A stretch of DNA of 64,000 bases, taken from positions 25,296,001 through 25,360,000 of the forward strand of contig NC_083279.1 of assembly GCF_963506605.1 (NCBI RefSeq), read 5' to 3'. The notes below the pieces were generated by a model. The model saw nothing but the letters and a program-made list of their open reading frames with translations, searched no databases and was not told where the DNA came from. Shown one piece after another: positions 13,457 through 24,050 of the stretch. The stretch comes from Zootoca vivipara. Lineage: Eukaryota. The position numbers were made by a program, and so were the translations under genes. The first letter of the stretch is position 1, and each line of letters starts with the position of its first letter.

Positions 13457-13582
13457 CAGTGCTTTTTTCTGGGGCGACGCAGGGTATGCATACCCCTAAA
13501 TATTTTGTGAATTTATTTTTGGCCTCATTGAGAGGCAGTATTTCAATATGAGTAGGATAATGAGAATAACCCCAAACATTTT
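13457..13582. mobile_element. hAT-like MITE fragment
   Basis: begins cagtgcttttttctgggg, a terminus similar to the element at 43209; the other end is eroded. Confidence 0.45.
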
Positions 13583-14469
13583 AATATCTGTTTCTTTGGG
13601 TAGTTTACAAGTTGGCTCTTTTCAGCCCCAGGTGATTGTATCAAGGCTAGTGCCACTCACATAACCTTTCCTGGACTGACTTTTTACACACTGCTGTCAA
13701 GAGTTGATTTTTGAGTGCTTGCAGCAACTTGGATGGAGTTATGCATGCAGCATTAGCCTGTCGTGCAATTGGCAGAGGACATGACACCTGCCCTGACATG
13801 ATGTCACCGGTGGTTGTAAGAACTGATGTAGAGATTTGACTTTTAAAGTTCTTTTTATCTTTTAAGACATATTTCTCCCATTGAATAAAAATTAAAGTTG
13901 ATTTATATATTAGGGATTGCAATGGATCTATGAATTAATCCATTAAGGCAGACCTCCCTTAATTTTCCTTCAGAAATTCCCTGCTCACTAACTTCATCTT
14001 CCCCAACATCACCAACTCAAGAAGGGATGAGAGATTATCAGTTGCAGCAAGACTAGTTTATGCCTAGTTAACACCTAAGCATTACCTGACAGCAGGGATA
14101 TGGCTTGATATGGCTACTGATGGAATTTTTTGGCAAATTGAGGGTTACATTTTAAAAATCCACTAAAAGTGTTCTGTTTTTCTCTGACTAAACGTTCTGT
14201 TCTACTGTATAGCATGACCTTGGTTGATAGCATTATTCAGCATACTGCAATACTATACTATTTGCCAGGAAACAGGAAGATAAGGAGGTAGGTCTCGATG
14301 TCATTCTCCTTGGGACTTTGTCAGTGAAACTCTTTTGTCAATAATGCAACTGCTGAACAGGGATAACTCCATTTAGCATGGGGTATAATTTCTAACTAAA
14401 TTAGAAGAATTAAACTGTGATTTAGAAGGTGACAAGGAATTAGCAGGGTTTTTAATAAAAAATTGCTAG

Positions 14470-14598
14470 CCAACATGGTATCCTCCATATGCTCCTGGAC
14501 TACAACTCCCATCATCCCAGACCATTGGCTATGTTGGATGCAGCTGATGAGAATCTGAATCCAATGACACCTAAAGGGCTACATATCCCCTGCCCTAC
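14470..14598. mobile_element. hAT-Charlie-like MITE (ggactacaactcccatc family)
   Basis: ggactacaactcccatcatccc...gctgatgagaatctg core; a related copy lies at 49070-49200. Confidence 0.55.
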
Positions 14599-14803
14599 AG
14601 AATGGAATATTAGACGATAATTTCTATTGACCTGGTCCATCAATAGCACACACTTGGAGAAAAAAAAAGTACCCTTTTTAGTATTCATGTAAGTTTGACA
14701 TTTAGTACTAGCTTCCTTTTTCACTTGTTTAAAAGTATTTTGATGCTGCACCTTAGTATGTTTAACCACTGTGTATTTGTCTCCCCCTGCATCTTAATGA
14801 GTA

Positions 14804-15033
14804 CAGTTGTACCTCGGTTTAAGTACACAATTGGTGCTAGAAGTCTGTACTTAACCTGAAGCGTACTTAGCCCGAGGTATGACTGTAATTGGTTCCGAAA
14901 GTCCATACTTAACCTGAAGCGAACTTTCCCACTGAAAGTAATGGAAAGTGGATTAATCCGTTCCAGACGGGTCCACGGAGTACTTAAACTGAAAGTACTC
15001 AAACCAAAGCGTACTTAAACCGAGGTATGACTG
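14804..15033. mobile_element. Tigger/pogo-like MITE with an internally duplicated right end
   Basis: ta|cagttgtacctcggttt ... aaaccgaggtatgactg|ta; a second ccgaggtatgactgta at 14872-14887. Confidence 0.8.
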
Positions 15034-15311
15034 TAATTTTACTTTGAGAGCCCAATGCAGTCATTCTCAATTGTTTACCATCCAGTTTATTTACATTAGC
15101 CATCCAATATTGATCTGAAATTCAGACTGACTTCTTAAAACATAATTTGTAGTTTCAATTCTCTATTTCCAGAAGGAATGTAAAGGCAGTTAAAACAAAC
15201 AAAACCATTTAAAATCCAAAATATAAATACAAACATAAAAACAATGAAATGGACTACTCGGGAATTATCTGAGGTTTTCAGTTACACTCCTGTGATCTCA
15301 CTTTATGTTTC

Positions 15312-15570
15312 AAACTGCCAGCCTAGCAGTTTGAAAGCATACCAATGCGAGTAGATAAATAGGTACTGCTGCAGTAGGAAGGTAAACGGCATTTACATGC
15401 ACCCTGGCTTCCGTCACAGTGTCCTGTTGCACCAGAAGTGGTGTAGTCATGCGAGCCACATAACCCGGAAAGCTGTCTGTGGACAAAAACCAGCTCCCTC
15501 GGTCTGAAGCAAGATGAGCACCACACCCTATAGTCAAGTTGAACTGGACTTAACCATCCAGGGGTCCTTT
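15312..15570 (+). mobile_element. Sauria SINE, 5'-truncated
   Basis: core ctagcagtt.gaaagca...agtagataaataggtac...; 12-bp TSD actttatgtttc (15300-15311, 15571-15582). Confidence 0.85.
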
Positions 15571-15627
15571 ACTTTATGTTTCTAGTGCACTTGGAACATT
15601 TAGATGACTATTCACAAACAACCAAGG

Positions 15628-16050
15628 GCGCAATCCTAATTGTGTCTACCCAGAAATAAGTCCCATTGAATTAAATGTGTCTTACTCCTGGTAAGTGGAT
15701 GGAATTCAGTGTTTCACTTTTATGAATGTTCCATCTGCACAGCCAAAGTTTATTAATAAGAAAAGTCAAAAGAAATTTAGGACCTTAAATCCAATCCTGA
15801 GCAAATTTACTCAGATGTAATCCCAAACTGAGTTTCATGGCACTTCATCCCATGGAAGTATACCTAGGATTGCAGCCCAAATATTCATCCCAAGGTTGTG
15901 TGATCCTATGCACCCTTTATTGTGAGTAAATCCTCTTCAAAAATGCAACACTTCTAAGTAAACATACATAGGATCAGTCTGTTATAAGACAGTCCCATTG
16001 AATTCACTGGGGTTTATTTCAGAGTTAACGTGCACATGATTAGATTGTAA
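15628..16050. repeat. cluster of about four copies of a ~90-bp imperfect palindromic element
   Basis: repeated gcaatcct...tactcaga.gtaa.tccc.ttgaa.t.aatgg..ttac...aggattgc pattern; dispersed copies near 6080, 12230, 41045, 47940 and 56820. Confidence 0.6.
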
Positions 16051-16147
16051 AAGCAGGGATATGGCCATTAGACACAGCACAACAACATTTTTTTCAGAAG
16101 GGTGGGTAATCAAAATTCTATTATTTCTTTGCCCACTCAATACTTGC

Positions 16148-16256
16148 TGTGTAATGGTTCATCCAAGAGAAAATCTTTATGGGGTTTCTTCACTTCTCTT
16201 GGGCAAATCCTTTCTCGATCTGGTCGAAATGTAATCCTCCAGGACTGCCAGATAAC
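16148..16256 (-). CDS. FBXO36-like gene, coding exon 2 (109 bp), GC donor
   Basis: gttttag|GTT; VIWQSWRITFRPDRERICPREVKKPHKDFLLDEPLH resembles FBXO36 VIFRWWKISLR...PGEAKETHEDFL; frame into exon 3 requires donor A|GCAAGT. Confidence 0.88.
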
Positions 16257-16602
16257 CTAAAACATTCAGGTTTAAAATAATGAGTCAGGTTGGGCATTAT
16301 TATGTCCTATTTTATTTTATCAAAAGCCTAGTCAGTCCAGATATAAAGCAGAAAATGCAGGACTTTATCATGACCTAGATCTGTGCAGTAATTAACTGCA
16401 TTGCTTACAAAAATAAAAGCAAACAATGATAGGATTATTATCACAATTTGTTTGCTTTTCCCTAGCAGATTTGCCTGAACAACCATGCTTGGGGTTGCCC
16501 ACCTTTTCTTCCTGGCAGAGACCCTGTGCCTTTATCAGCTATCCAACAAATGCAGATTTATCAGAAAAACACATTCCAACCAGAAATCTGTCTCTTTTTT
16601 AC

Positions 16603-16698
16603 CTCATTTTTTGTGATGGTCAAGTGATGAAAGTCTTTACTGGGAGGAGGTGCCTGAGTGTGAGCTTCATAGAGTTTCTCTTGCAGCAGGGAAGTCAT
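16603..16698 (-). CDS. FBXO36-like gene, coding exon 1 (96 bp, ATG at 16698)
   Basis: caaaATG; MTSLLQEKLYEAHTQAPPPSKDFHHLTITKNE|gtaaaa resembles FBXO36 MASWLPETLFETVGQGPPPSKDYYQLLVTRSQ. Confidence 0.9.
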
Positions 16699-17687
16699 TT
16701 TGACTCCGTCTACTTGCTTTCAGCTTGCAATAGAGATCACAGACTCCCAAGGTTGTTTCTATGGACTCTATATGAGAAGGACTTGACTTCAGCCAACTCC
16801 ACGTGCTGTATAAATACATGGCTGGCTAGTGTTTGCATTCCTGAACTCAGGTTCTTTACCCAAGGAGGACTCAGGTGTTCAATATTTATATCACCAGGAG
16901 GATAATATTAAAAGCAAACAAAAAAACACAGTCTAATTCTATGCATACATTGTTTTTTTGCCCCAAGTCACACTGGTTTCATAAGCATGTTTTGCACTCC
17001 CCACTTTCCAGAAGTAGTATTACAGATGCCAGAGGGTCAATTACCCTAGAAGAACACAGCACTTTTTTTATTATACTTTCCTTTCAAAAAAAAATATATT
17101 TTTCTAGGCTTCAAAACTGAGCATACAAAAGCAAACAAGTGATCATTAACTAATTCACACAATGAATTTTGTTAAAGGAACATCAGTTGTTGTCATCATC
17201 GCAAAAATACACAGCCTTAGAACAACCAACTGCAAAAACTCAGATTTTAATCTCATTCACTGGCTAGCTTCTGATAGCCAAGCTGTGACTTTTATCCCCC
17301 ACCCAAGCAGGCAACCTACTGTTATAAATAAAATCTGGCCTTATTCCCTTATGGGGTACACAAGAGCCCTTATTGGGTTCTCCTTCAGTCAGAGAATATA
17401 ACAGAGGCCAACCAGAGAATCTTGAGAAGCAAAGCCTTTATTTTTGCTGTTGCAGCAGGGTCCTTCCCCTCACGCAGGAGAACAAGGAAGGAACCCCAAA
17501 CAAACGTGTCCTGCCCTTAAATAAACAATTTTAAATCCCCCACTCCAATCAGAGCCACCTCTAGAAGCATCATACATACATCATACATACATCACAGTAG
17601 GGGTGTAGCCCAAGACCAACCCCCAGGCACGTCATCCTACATCATAGAAAGGGGCGGTTTACAGCAGAAATCTGAGTACCTTGTTTA

Positions 17688-18482
17688 CCGTGTTTCTCAT
17701 ATTATAAGACACGTCTTATATTTATTTTTTCTTCAAAAAAACACACCATGGCTTATTTTCAAGGGATGTCTTATTTTTATTACGGTACATGGGTAGTGCA
17801 GTAGCTCCCCCCGCTATCGCGTTTTGCGTGTCCTGTTGCGAGTGTGTGTCCTCTCGCTCCCACACCGGGCAGTGAGCTGGGGAGCGGAGGTGGTTTTGCT
17901 GAGTTGATTGAGTCAGGCAGGCAGGCAAGGGAGTCTATTTCGGATTGCCTGAGGAAAGGTTTGCTGCTTCCCCCCCCCCATGCCTGCGCCTCAGCCGGGC
18001 GCGCATCCTCAGCCTGCTTTGCGCGGCGGGGGCAAGATGCGCGTCAGCATGCAACCCCTCAGATTCCTTCCGCCACTCCCTCGCCGCCAACCGACCCCCA
18101 CCCCATTTCCCCGCCTGAGGTAAAAAGTCCATACCGTAGTTAGAGCCAGTGACTGGCTGCCCAGCTATCGTATGTGAAGGCCGAGGGAGGAGGAGGGGTG
18201 GGTGGGAAACCTCTCCTGGCCATTTCCTCACCTCCCTCGTTCGTTCGCGCGCCTGCCTGTCTGCGAGCGGGGCTTCGCGCGGCGCCCGCGAAGGCTGCAG
18301 CCGGGGCCCAGGGGTTAACGCAGCAGCAGCAGCCGGTTCCGAGCAGCCCCCTTCCTTTTCCTCTTCTTTGCCACAGACCTGCGGTATGGCTTATTTTCGA
18401 GGTATGCCTTATATTTTGCCACCTCAGAAAAATCCTGCCATGCCTTATTTTGTAGGGGTGTTTTATAATGTGAGAAACACGG
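17688..18482. mobile_element. Tc1/mariner-superfamily (Tc2-like) non-autonomous DNA transposon, 795 bp, GC-rich interior
   Basis: ta|ccgtgtttctcatattataagacac ... gtgttttataatgtgagaaacacgg|ta: 25-bp TIR with 2 mismatches, TA duplication; no transposase ORF. Confidence 0.85.
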
Positions 18483-18763
18483 TATCTCCTGTCTGGCAAG
18501 TTACCTGTTAATGTTGGATTACCAGGGGGCCTAGCCAGTCTTTTGAAATGATGAATACTTAGTTCCTGAACCAGGACACAGACTCACACCCTATTAATAT
18601 CTTAAATGTGCCCTTAAGGCAGGATCTGTGAGCAGAGAGACAAAGGGTTTTTTTTTCATTTCCTCCCTCCTCGCAGAGAAATATTTGGTCAGTTTGGGAG
18701 TCAAAATGGTTTTCAGGCCTGTCTTCCTGTACATGTGCCTGTACATTCATGTACATGTTTATG

Positions 18764-18768
<5 letters not shown>

Positions 18769-18810
<42 letters not shown>
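18769..18810. repeat. (TA)n microsatellite at the MITE target site
   Basis: about 21 TA units directly abutting the cagtggtacctc terminus. Confidence 0.95.
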
Positions 18811-18813
<3 letters not shown>

Positions 18814-18998
18814 TGGTACCTCGGTTTATGAACACAATTGGTTCCGGAAGTCTGTTCATAAACTGAAGCGTTCATAAACTGAAGCAAACTTTCCCATTGA
18901 AAGTAATGGAAAGTGAATTAATCCCTTCAAGATGGGTTCGCGGCGTTCATAAACCGAAAATTCGTAAACCGAGGGGTTCATAAACCGAGGTTCCACTG
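18811..18998. mobile_element. Tigger/pogo-like MITE
   Basis: cagtggtacctcggttt ... aaaccgaggttccactg; same family as 14804-15033. Confidence 0.85.
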
Positions 18999-19038
18999 TT
19001 AAACCTTAAAATTCTTACAACAATACATCTGGTACATA

Positions 19039-19386
19039 GTAAAGGTAAAGGGACCCCTGACCATTAGGTCCAGTCGTGGACAACTCTGGGGTTGTGGCGC
19101 TCATCTTGCTTTACTGGCCAAGGCAGCTGGTGTACAGCTTCCAGGTCATTTGGCCAGCATGACTAAGCCGCTTCTGGCGAAACCAGAGCAGCACATGGAA
19201 ACACTGTTTACCTTCCTGCTGGAGCGGTACCTATTTATCTACTTGCACTTTGATGTGCTTTCGAACTGCTAGGTTGGTAGAAGCAGGGACCAAGCAATGG
19301 GAGCTCACCCCGTCATGGGGATTCAAACTGCCAACCTTCTGATCGGCAAGCCCTAGGCTCTGTGGTTTAGCCCACAGCGCCACCCG
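19039..19386 (-). mobile_element. Sauria SINE, near full length
   Basis: gtaaaggtaaagggacccctgac tail (reverse of the ACCTTT repeats) through a tRNA-like head ending cacagcgccacccg. Confidence 0.9.
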
Positions 19387-19847
19387 TAATACGTAGCAGC
19401 TGCTGCCTATTAAAAACTTATATTTTATATTGATTTCAGTTTATTAGTCATTTATTTATTATAGGCAGGAATATATAACAACCATATTAAAACACAACAC
19501 AAAGATAATAAAATAGTAACAGTAATTAAAATCATTCATAGATTGGTAACACAACCTTTAAGAACATTTTCCTGCATTTTATTGTTGTTACTAATGAATA
19601 TGCAAGTCTCTGTAAGTAACTGTAAGTAAATTATTTTAAACTTACCTTGTAGTCTGTGGTCTGTTTTATTGAATAAGGGGGAAAGGGAGGCAGCTGCCCT
19701 AAGGAGCTGGAATATAATAAATCTTTTTTTAAAAAAGGTTTTAAAAAAATGGTTTTAAAACTTATTCCTATACTTCACAAAATCCGCCTAATGATGGAAT
19801 GTAAATTCTGCTACTTTATGCACAAGCCCCACATATTTAAAACAAGT

Positions 19848-19930
19848 GTGTGCATGCACACGAAAGCTCATACCAATGACAAACTTAGCTGGTCTCTAAG
19901 GTGCTACTGGAAGGAATTTTATTTTCATTT
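19848..19930 (+). mobile_element. truncated Penelope-like terminal fragment
   Basis: gtgtgcatgcacacgaaagctcatacc...aaggtgctactg.aaggaatttt, near-identical to the right arm at 39568-39645. Confidence 0.75.
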
Positions 19931-21114
19931 TTCTTTGTGTTAACCTACACACATGGATTTGTGGAGGATTAAATATGGTTAATATATCCTCTTACTAATA
20001 TCCTTCAGAGCTAATTACCAAAAGCCTTGCAAAATAGGTATGTTAAAACCATAAAACCAATACCCATTGTCAAGAACATTTCAATAAAATAGAAACTCCT
20101 AATGCAGATAAGCTAGTTATTGAACTCATCAATGCTCAAAGGAACAGATACATCTTCACCTGACACCTGAAAGCAACCAATGGGGTGGGGGGGACAAATG
20201 TGTCTCCAATGGAAATGAATTCCAAGGCACCATGACAGAAGAAGCCCTGCACTGCACAGATCACATCTGTCAATAGCACTACAAGCAAGGCCTTACCTGC
20301 TTGTTGATAATGGGAAAGATGCTCCTTTATGTGTAGATCACTCAAAGTACCGTAGCAGAAATAATAAATCACAGCATGGAAAGAAAAGAAAAAAAGCAAC
20401 AGCAACAGCAACACAACAAAGTAACAAAAATAGTTTCCTTTCTTGTAACATAAGAACACCAGATTATACTCTTTTAGTTGCAGAAATATATTATGTATTT
20501 CTTCCCTATTTAAATAAGGATGTTTCAAATTTCAGCTCTAATTTGTTACTGTTGTTTTTAGGTTATCAGCCGGTAGAGGTCAGCAAACACTGCACTTTGA
20601 GGAATCAGTGTTTCAGCCTGTGTGTGTGTGTGTGTGTAATGAATACACATATAGTCTTGTGGCACCTTAAGAACTTAACAGGAATATTGAGGTATAAGCA
20701 TTTAGGAATTAGACACCAATTCATCAGATGCATGATTATTTTCAGGTAATATTATCAGATGCCAAATATTGAATATATATTTAAAAGTTGTTTGTCTTAT
20801 GCATTTGGACAGCTGTTAAGAAATTATAACCAAATTTTGCATAGTTATTGATATACGGAGCAGGGTTTTTTTTTTTAATACCGTAGTTTAGATACTATTG
20901 CATGCCACTTTGAATCAAGATGGCAGACTGAGCCTTTAGAAATTGCACTAATTTTAACCAAATTTAAGTGTGGTGGTTCCTGAGATCAAGGTGTCCATCT
21001 CTGTTATGTTTGGGTACAACTGGGTACCGTTTTGAATCAAGACTGAACCTTTCAAAACTTCACAGATTTTTTCGGTTTTTTAGAGTTCCAAAGCAATGCT
21101 GGGTACAAGCCTGC

Positions 21115-21116
<2 letters not shown>

Positions 21117-21156
<40 letters not shown>

Positions 21157-21184
21157 CAGTGTAATACACACACACACACACACA
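21117..21184. repeat. (GT)n and (AC)n microsatellites in inverted arrangement
   Basis: ~15 GT units, a short AT-rich spacer, then ~9 AC units. Confidence 0.9.
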
Positions 21185-21963
21185 TTATGGAGAAAAGCTG
21201 TGGAGCCACCCCTCCCCCAACAAATGAAATGCAACACACATGTGCTATTTATATACAAAGTTCAAATGTCAGGGCCCAGACTGACTCCAGCTACAAAAGC
21301 TGAGGCTGCTGAACACTCTTGGGCTGAGGTATAGTTTAGGGGATTTTGTTGGAGTGGAGTTTGTTCCTGTTATTTTTTGCATCTTTGTTTTAGATCTGAT
21401 TATGACTTACGTGGAAATCGTTCAGTTTGGTTGTGTACTTTCTGGTGTTTTATTCAGTGTTTATGACAACCTTGGTTATGTTTAAAATGTGTTTTGGGGG
21501 GGCAATTGGGTTGTTTTTGTTTTTATTATGTATTTTGTGCTTTTATATCTTGATTTTATTCTGTGAACTGCTCTGAGACCCCCAGGTATAGGGCTGTATA
21601 AAGATTCATTCAATCAAGTAATTTTAAAAAATGTTGTAAGCAGCCTCAAGCATGATTTTAAGGTGGCATACAAATGAAAGGATGTAAATGTGTGCCCATT
21701 CCCTCAGAATCCTCTGCAAAATGCAACAAATGCTGTCGCACCCCAGGGCTTCATCAGCAGGCTGGTGAATTCAGGTAACCTTCCCTGCGGTTGTGACATA
21801 TTGAGAGGCTGCCATACAATTTATGTCTAGTTCTCGTCTGCATTTCCTATGCGATGGACACTGAAAAATAGCACATCAGAGAATCAGGAGCCAACCTTCT
21901 GCTTTTCTATCATTATTTGTACAAACCAACACACAATTGCCAGGAAAAAATATTATATTATAG

Positions 21964-22053
21964 CATAGCTGCCAAGTTTTCCCTTTTCTCACGAGGAAGC
22001 CTATTCAGCATAAGGGAATTTCCCTTAAAAAAAGGGATAACTTGGCAGCTATG
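21964..22053. mobile_element. 90-bp MITE with perfect 15-bp TIRs
   Basis: catagctgccaagtt ... aacttggcagctatg; 7-bp direct repeat attatag on both sides (21957-21963, 22054-22060). Confidence 0.85.
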
Positions 22054-22189
22054 ATTATAGTTTAATTAATAGTTTTAAAAAATTATATTATAATTATATT
22101 ATAATATAAATTAATTACAGTCATGTGAGCCCCCAACTTGTAGGATGACTACCTAGTCACGAGAACTAAGCAGCATGCAATCTCTGTCA

Positions 22190-23080
22190 CGTAAACACCA
22201 TGACGGAGGAGTCCCACTCCCATCTCCTCCTCACGGGTCGGGAAGCACGGGGAGATGGAGGCATCATGGCGACTCCAGCAGACTCTTCCCTCCCCAACAG
22301 CCTCATTTCAACGACGTTACTCGCCGCCACGCGCCTGCGCCGAATTCTACAGCGGGGGCGGGGCGAACTCAAGTGGCAGTTGGGCAGCAGCTGGACGGCG
22401 CGAGCCAATGAAAGGGCGCCTGTGTGGCCGCGCGGCCTACCCACCGCTCCGCCTCAGTACCGTCGCCTGGCGCCTTCAGCCGCCGCCTCCCCCCTCCTGC
22501 GCGCGCGCCACAGTCTCCGGCATCCCTCTCGACCCTGGCTTGTGAGAGCAGCCGCCATTGTAGGGAAGCGCCCCTCTCACTCCGTAGCCGTTGTTTTCTC
22601 CCGGGTAGGTACTTTGCCGTTTCTTCAGCCCCCCTTCCTTCCCCTCCTCCACCACCTCCCCACCCCCCCCCCCAGTTTAATAGGGTAATGGAGAGGGACG
22701 TGTTTTCACCTCATGTGTGAAAAGCTCGGCTCGCCTCCCCGCCCTTTTTTCTTTTTAAACGCATCACAGTAGCCTTTTGTCCCCTCCCACTTTCCGTTCA
22801 CGTAGCGTTTTGCGCGCGCTCGGTTGCGCGTTCCTTTCCCCCGTTCTCTGCGCGCGCGCGTACAGCTCTTGTCTGTCGCCTCTCTCCCTCCCCCATTGAT
22901 ACCTCCCCCTCCCCTACCGTCATTGCGAAGAGCTTGTTGCTGACAAACTTATTAATCGGCTCGTGCGTGCACACGATCGAACCGTCTTCAACTGTGCTTG
23001 GCGTCGGCCCTAAGCTCTTTCGCCCTTAGCAACGTTTATGCGCAGCAGCAGGTCGTTGCTGTTTCCTGAAGGCTGGGCTA
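22190..23080. promoter_or_regulatory. CpG island; CHAMP1 promoter and first non-coding exon
   Basis: CpG-dense; NRF1-like gcgcctgcgc (22331), GC box (~22355), CCAAT (22405), YY1-like gccgccatt (22551), candidate donor cgg|gtaggt (~22604). Confidence 0.8.
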
Positions 23081-23925
23081 CGAGGCTCAGTTATTTGGGA
23101 TTAACTCTTAAGGTTATCGGGCCTCATTGGGTGTTGGGGGCCACCTGCATCAGGAGAGCTACAGGTACCCCATCCTTTGTGTAAGGCCAACATCGGCTTG
23201 GATTCCCACCCCCCACCCCCGTCTAACTGCAGCAGTGGGATGCACATTTCAAGACATGTTTTATTCTATTGGTGGAAATATCATTGCTTAAATAGTCTCT
23301 TGGAAAGCATATTATATTGCCATTTTATTCAGGTGGTTCTGTTTGCTGTTTCCAGAGGCTGGCAGCAGTTAATTCAACAAATAACCAAACACATACCGTA
23401 GTTTGTATACACTGAAAGGTTTAGCTGATGCTTGTTCATCTGTTGATGACAGATATAAGAGCATGAGTAGCCCCATCAAAACTTTAAAAAGAAAGTTCCT
23501 AAGTTGCATTGTGATTTCTGATGTGACGTGCTTGTTTAGGGAGATGTGATGTTCTGAAATAGGGTGTCTGTCTTCTTTTGGAAGACCAGGAACCCTGGAA
23601 ATGAGGGTAGGAAGAGTAGAATTCATTTTTCAACATGAGGTGACTCTTGAAAGGGGTTGGCATTTGGATTGGGTGCATTCAGTAACAGCAGCATGTTTGG
23701 CATACCATTCATATAATCCTATTAAATATTCTTCGTGTAGTGCCCTGATTCTTTTAGTAAATATATGGTGTTCTTAGATGAGGGGAGATTTCATCCCAAT
23801 CGGTTAGTACAAAATCTTATGTTTAGTTGTTACATATGCTTTGTTTTTAATCGCAACTTCCCAAACCATTTTTTCTTTCCTGATGCATCATGAAGTGCTA
23901 GTACTGCTATGGGCAAACAGGCACA

Positions 23926-24050
23926 GATCATAGAATTGTACAGTTGGGAGGTACCCAAGGGTCAATCCTGCCCACAGCTGTCCTTGGGAGGGTACGAACC
24001 ACTAACCTTCTGGTTAACAGCCAAATGCACTGACCCATTGTGCCACAGGA
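23926..24050 (-). mobile_element. tRNA-derived SINE with CR1-like tail, degraded
   Basis: atcatagaattgta tail; minus strand reads tggcacaatggg...gctgttaaccagaagg...ggttcgtaccc with A/B-box-like motifs. Confidence 0.55.

Larger units (their letters stand above)
17320..19022 (-). mobile_element. solo LTR (~0.68 kb net) interrupted by two DNA transposons
   Basis: termini tgttataa...ttacaaca (7/8 inverted match), flanks ctac/atac; minus-strand TATTTAA (~17520) followed by AATAAA (17442-17437); shares a cccctcac..cagg.agaa motif with the LTR at 30500. Confidence 0.65.

Noticed and set aside
16426-16905. 159-aa plus-strand ORF
   Set aside because: No recognisable motifs; it is antisense to the real FBXO36-like exon 1
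17844-18511. Several 93-120 aa ORFs and CpG-island-like composition
   Set aside because: All lie inside a TIR-bounded non-autonomous transposon; GC richness explains the lack of stops
22175-22720. Overlapping ORFs up to 162 aa
   Set aside because: CpG-island artefacts with no domain similarity
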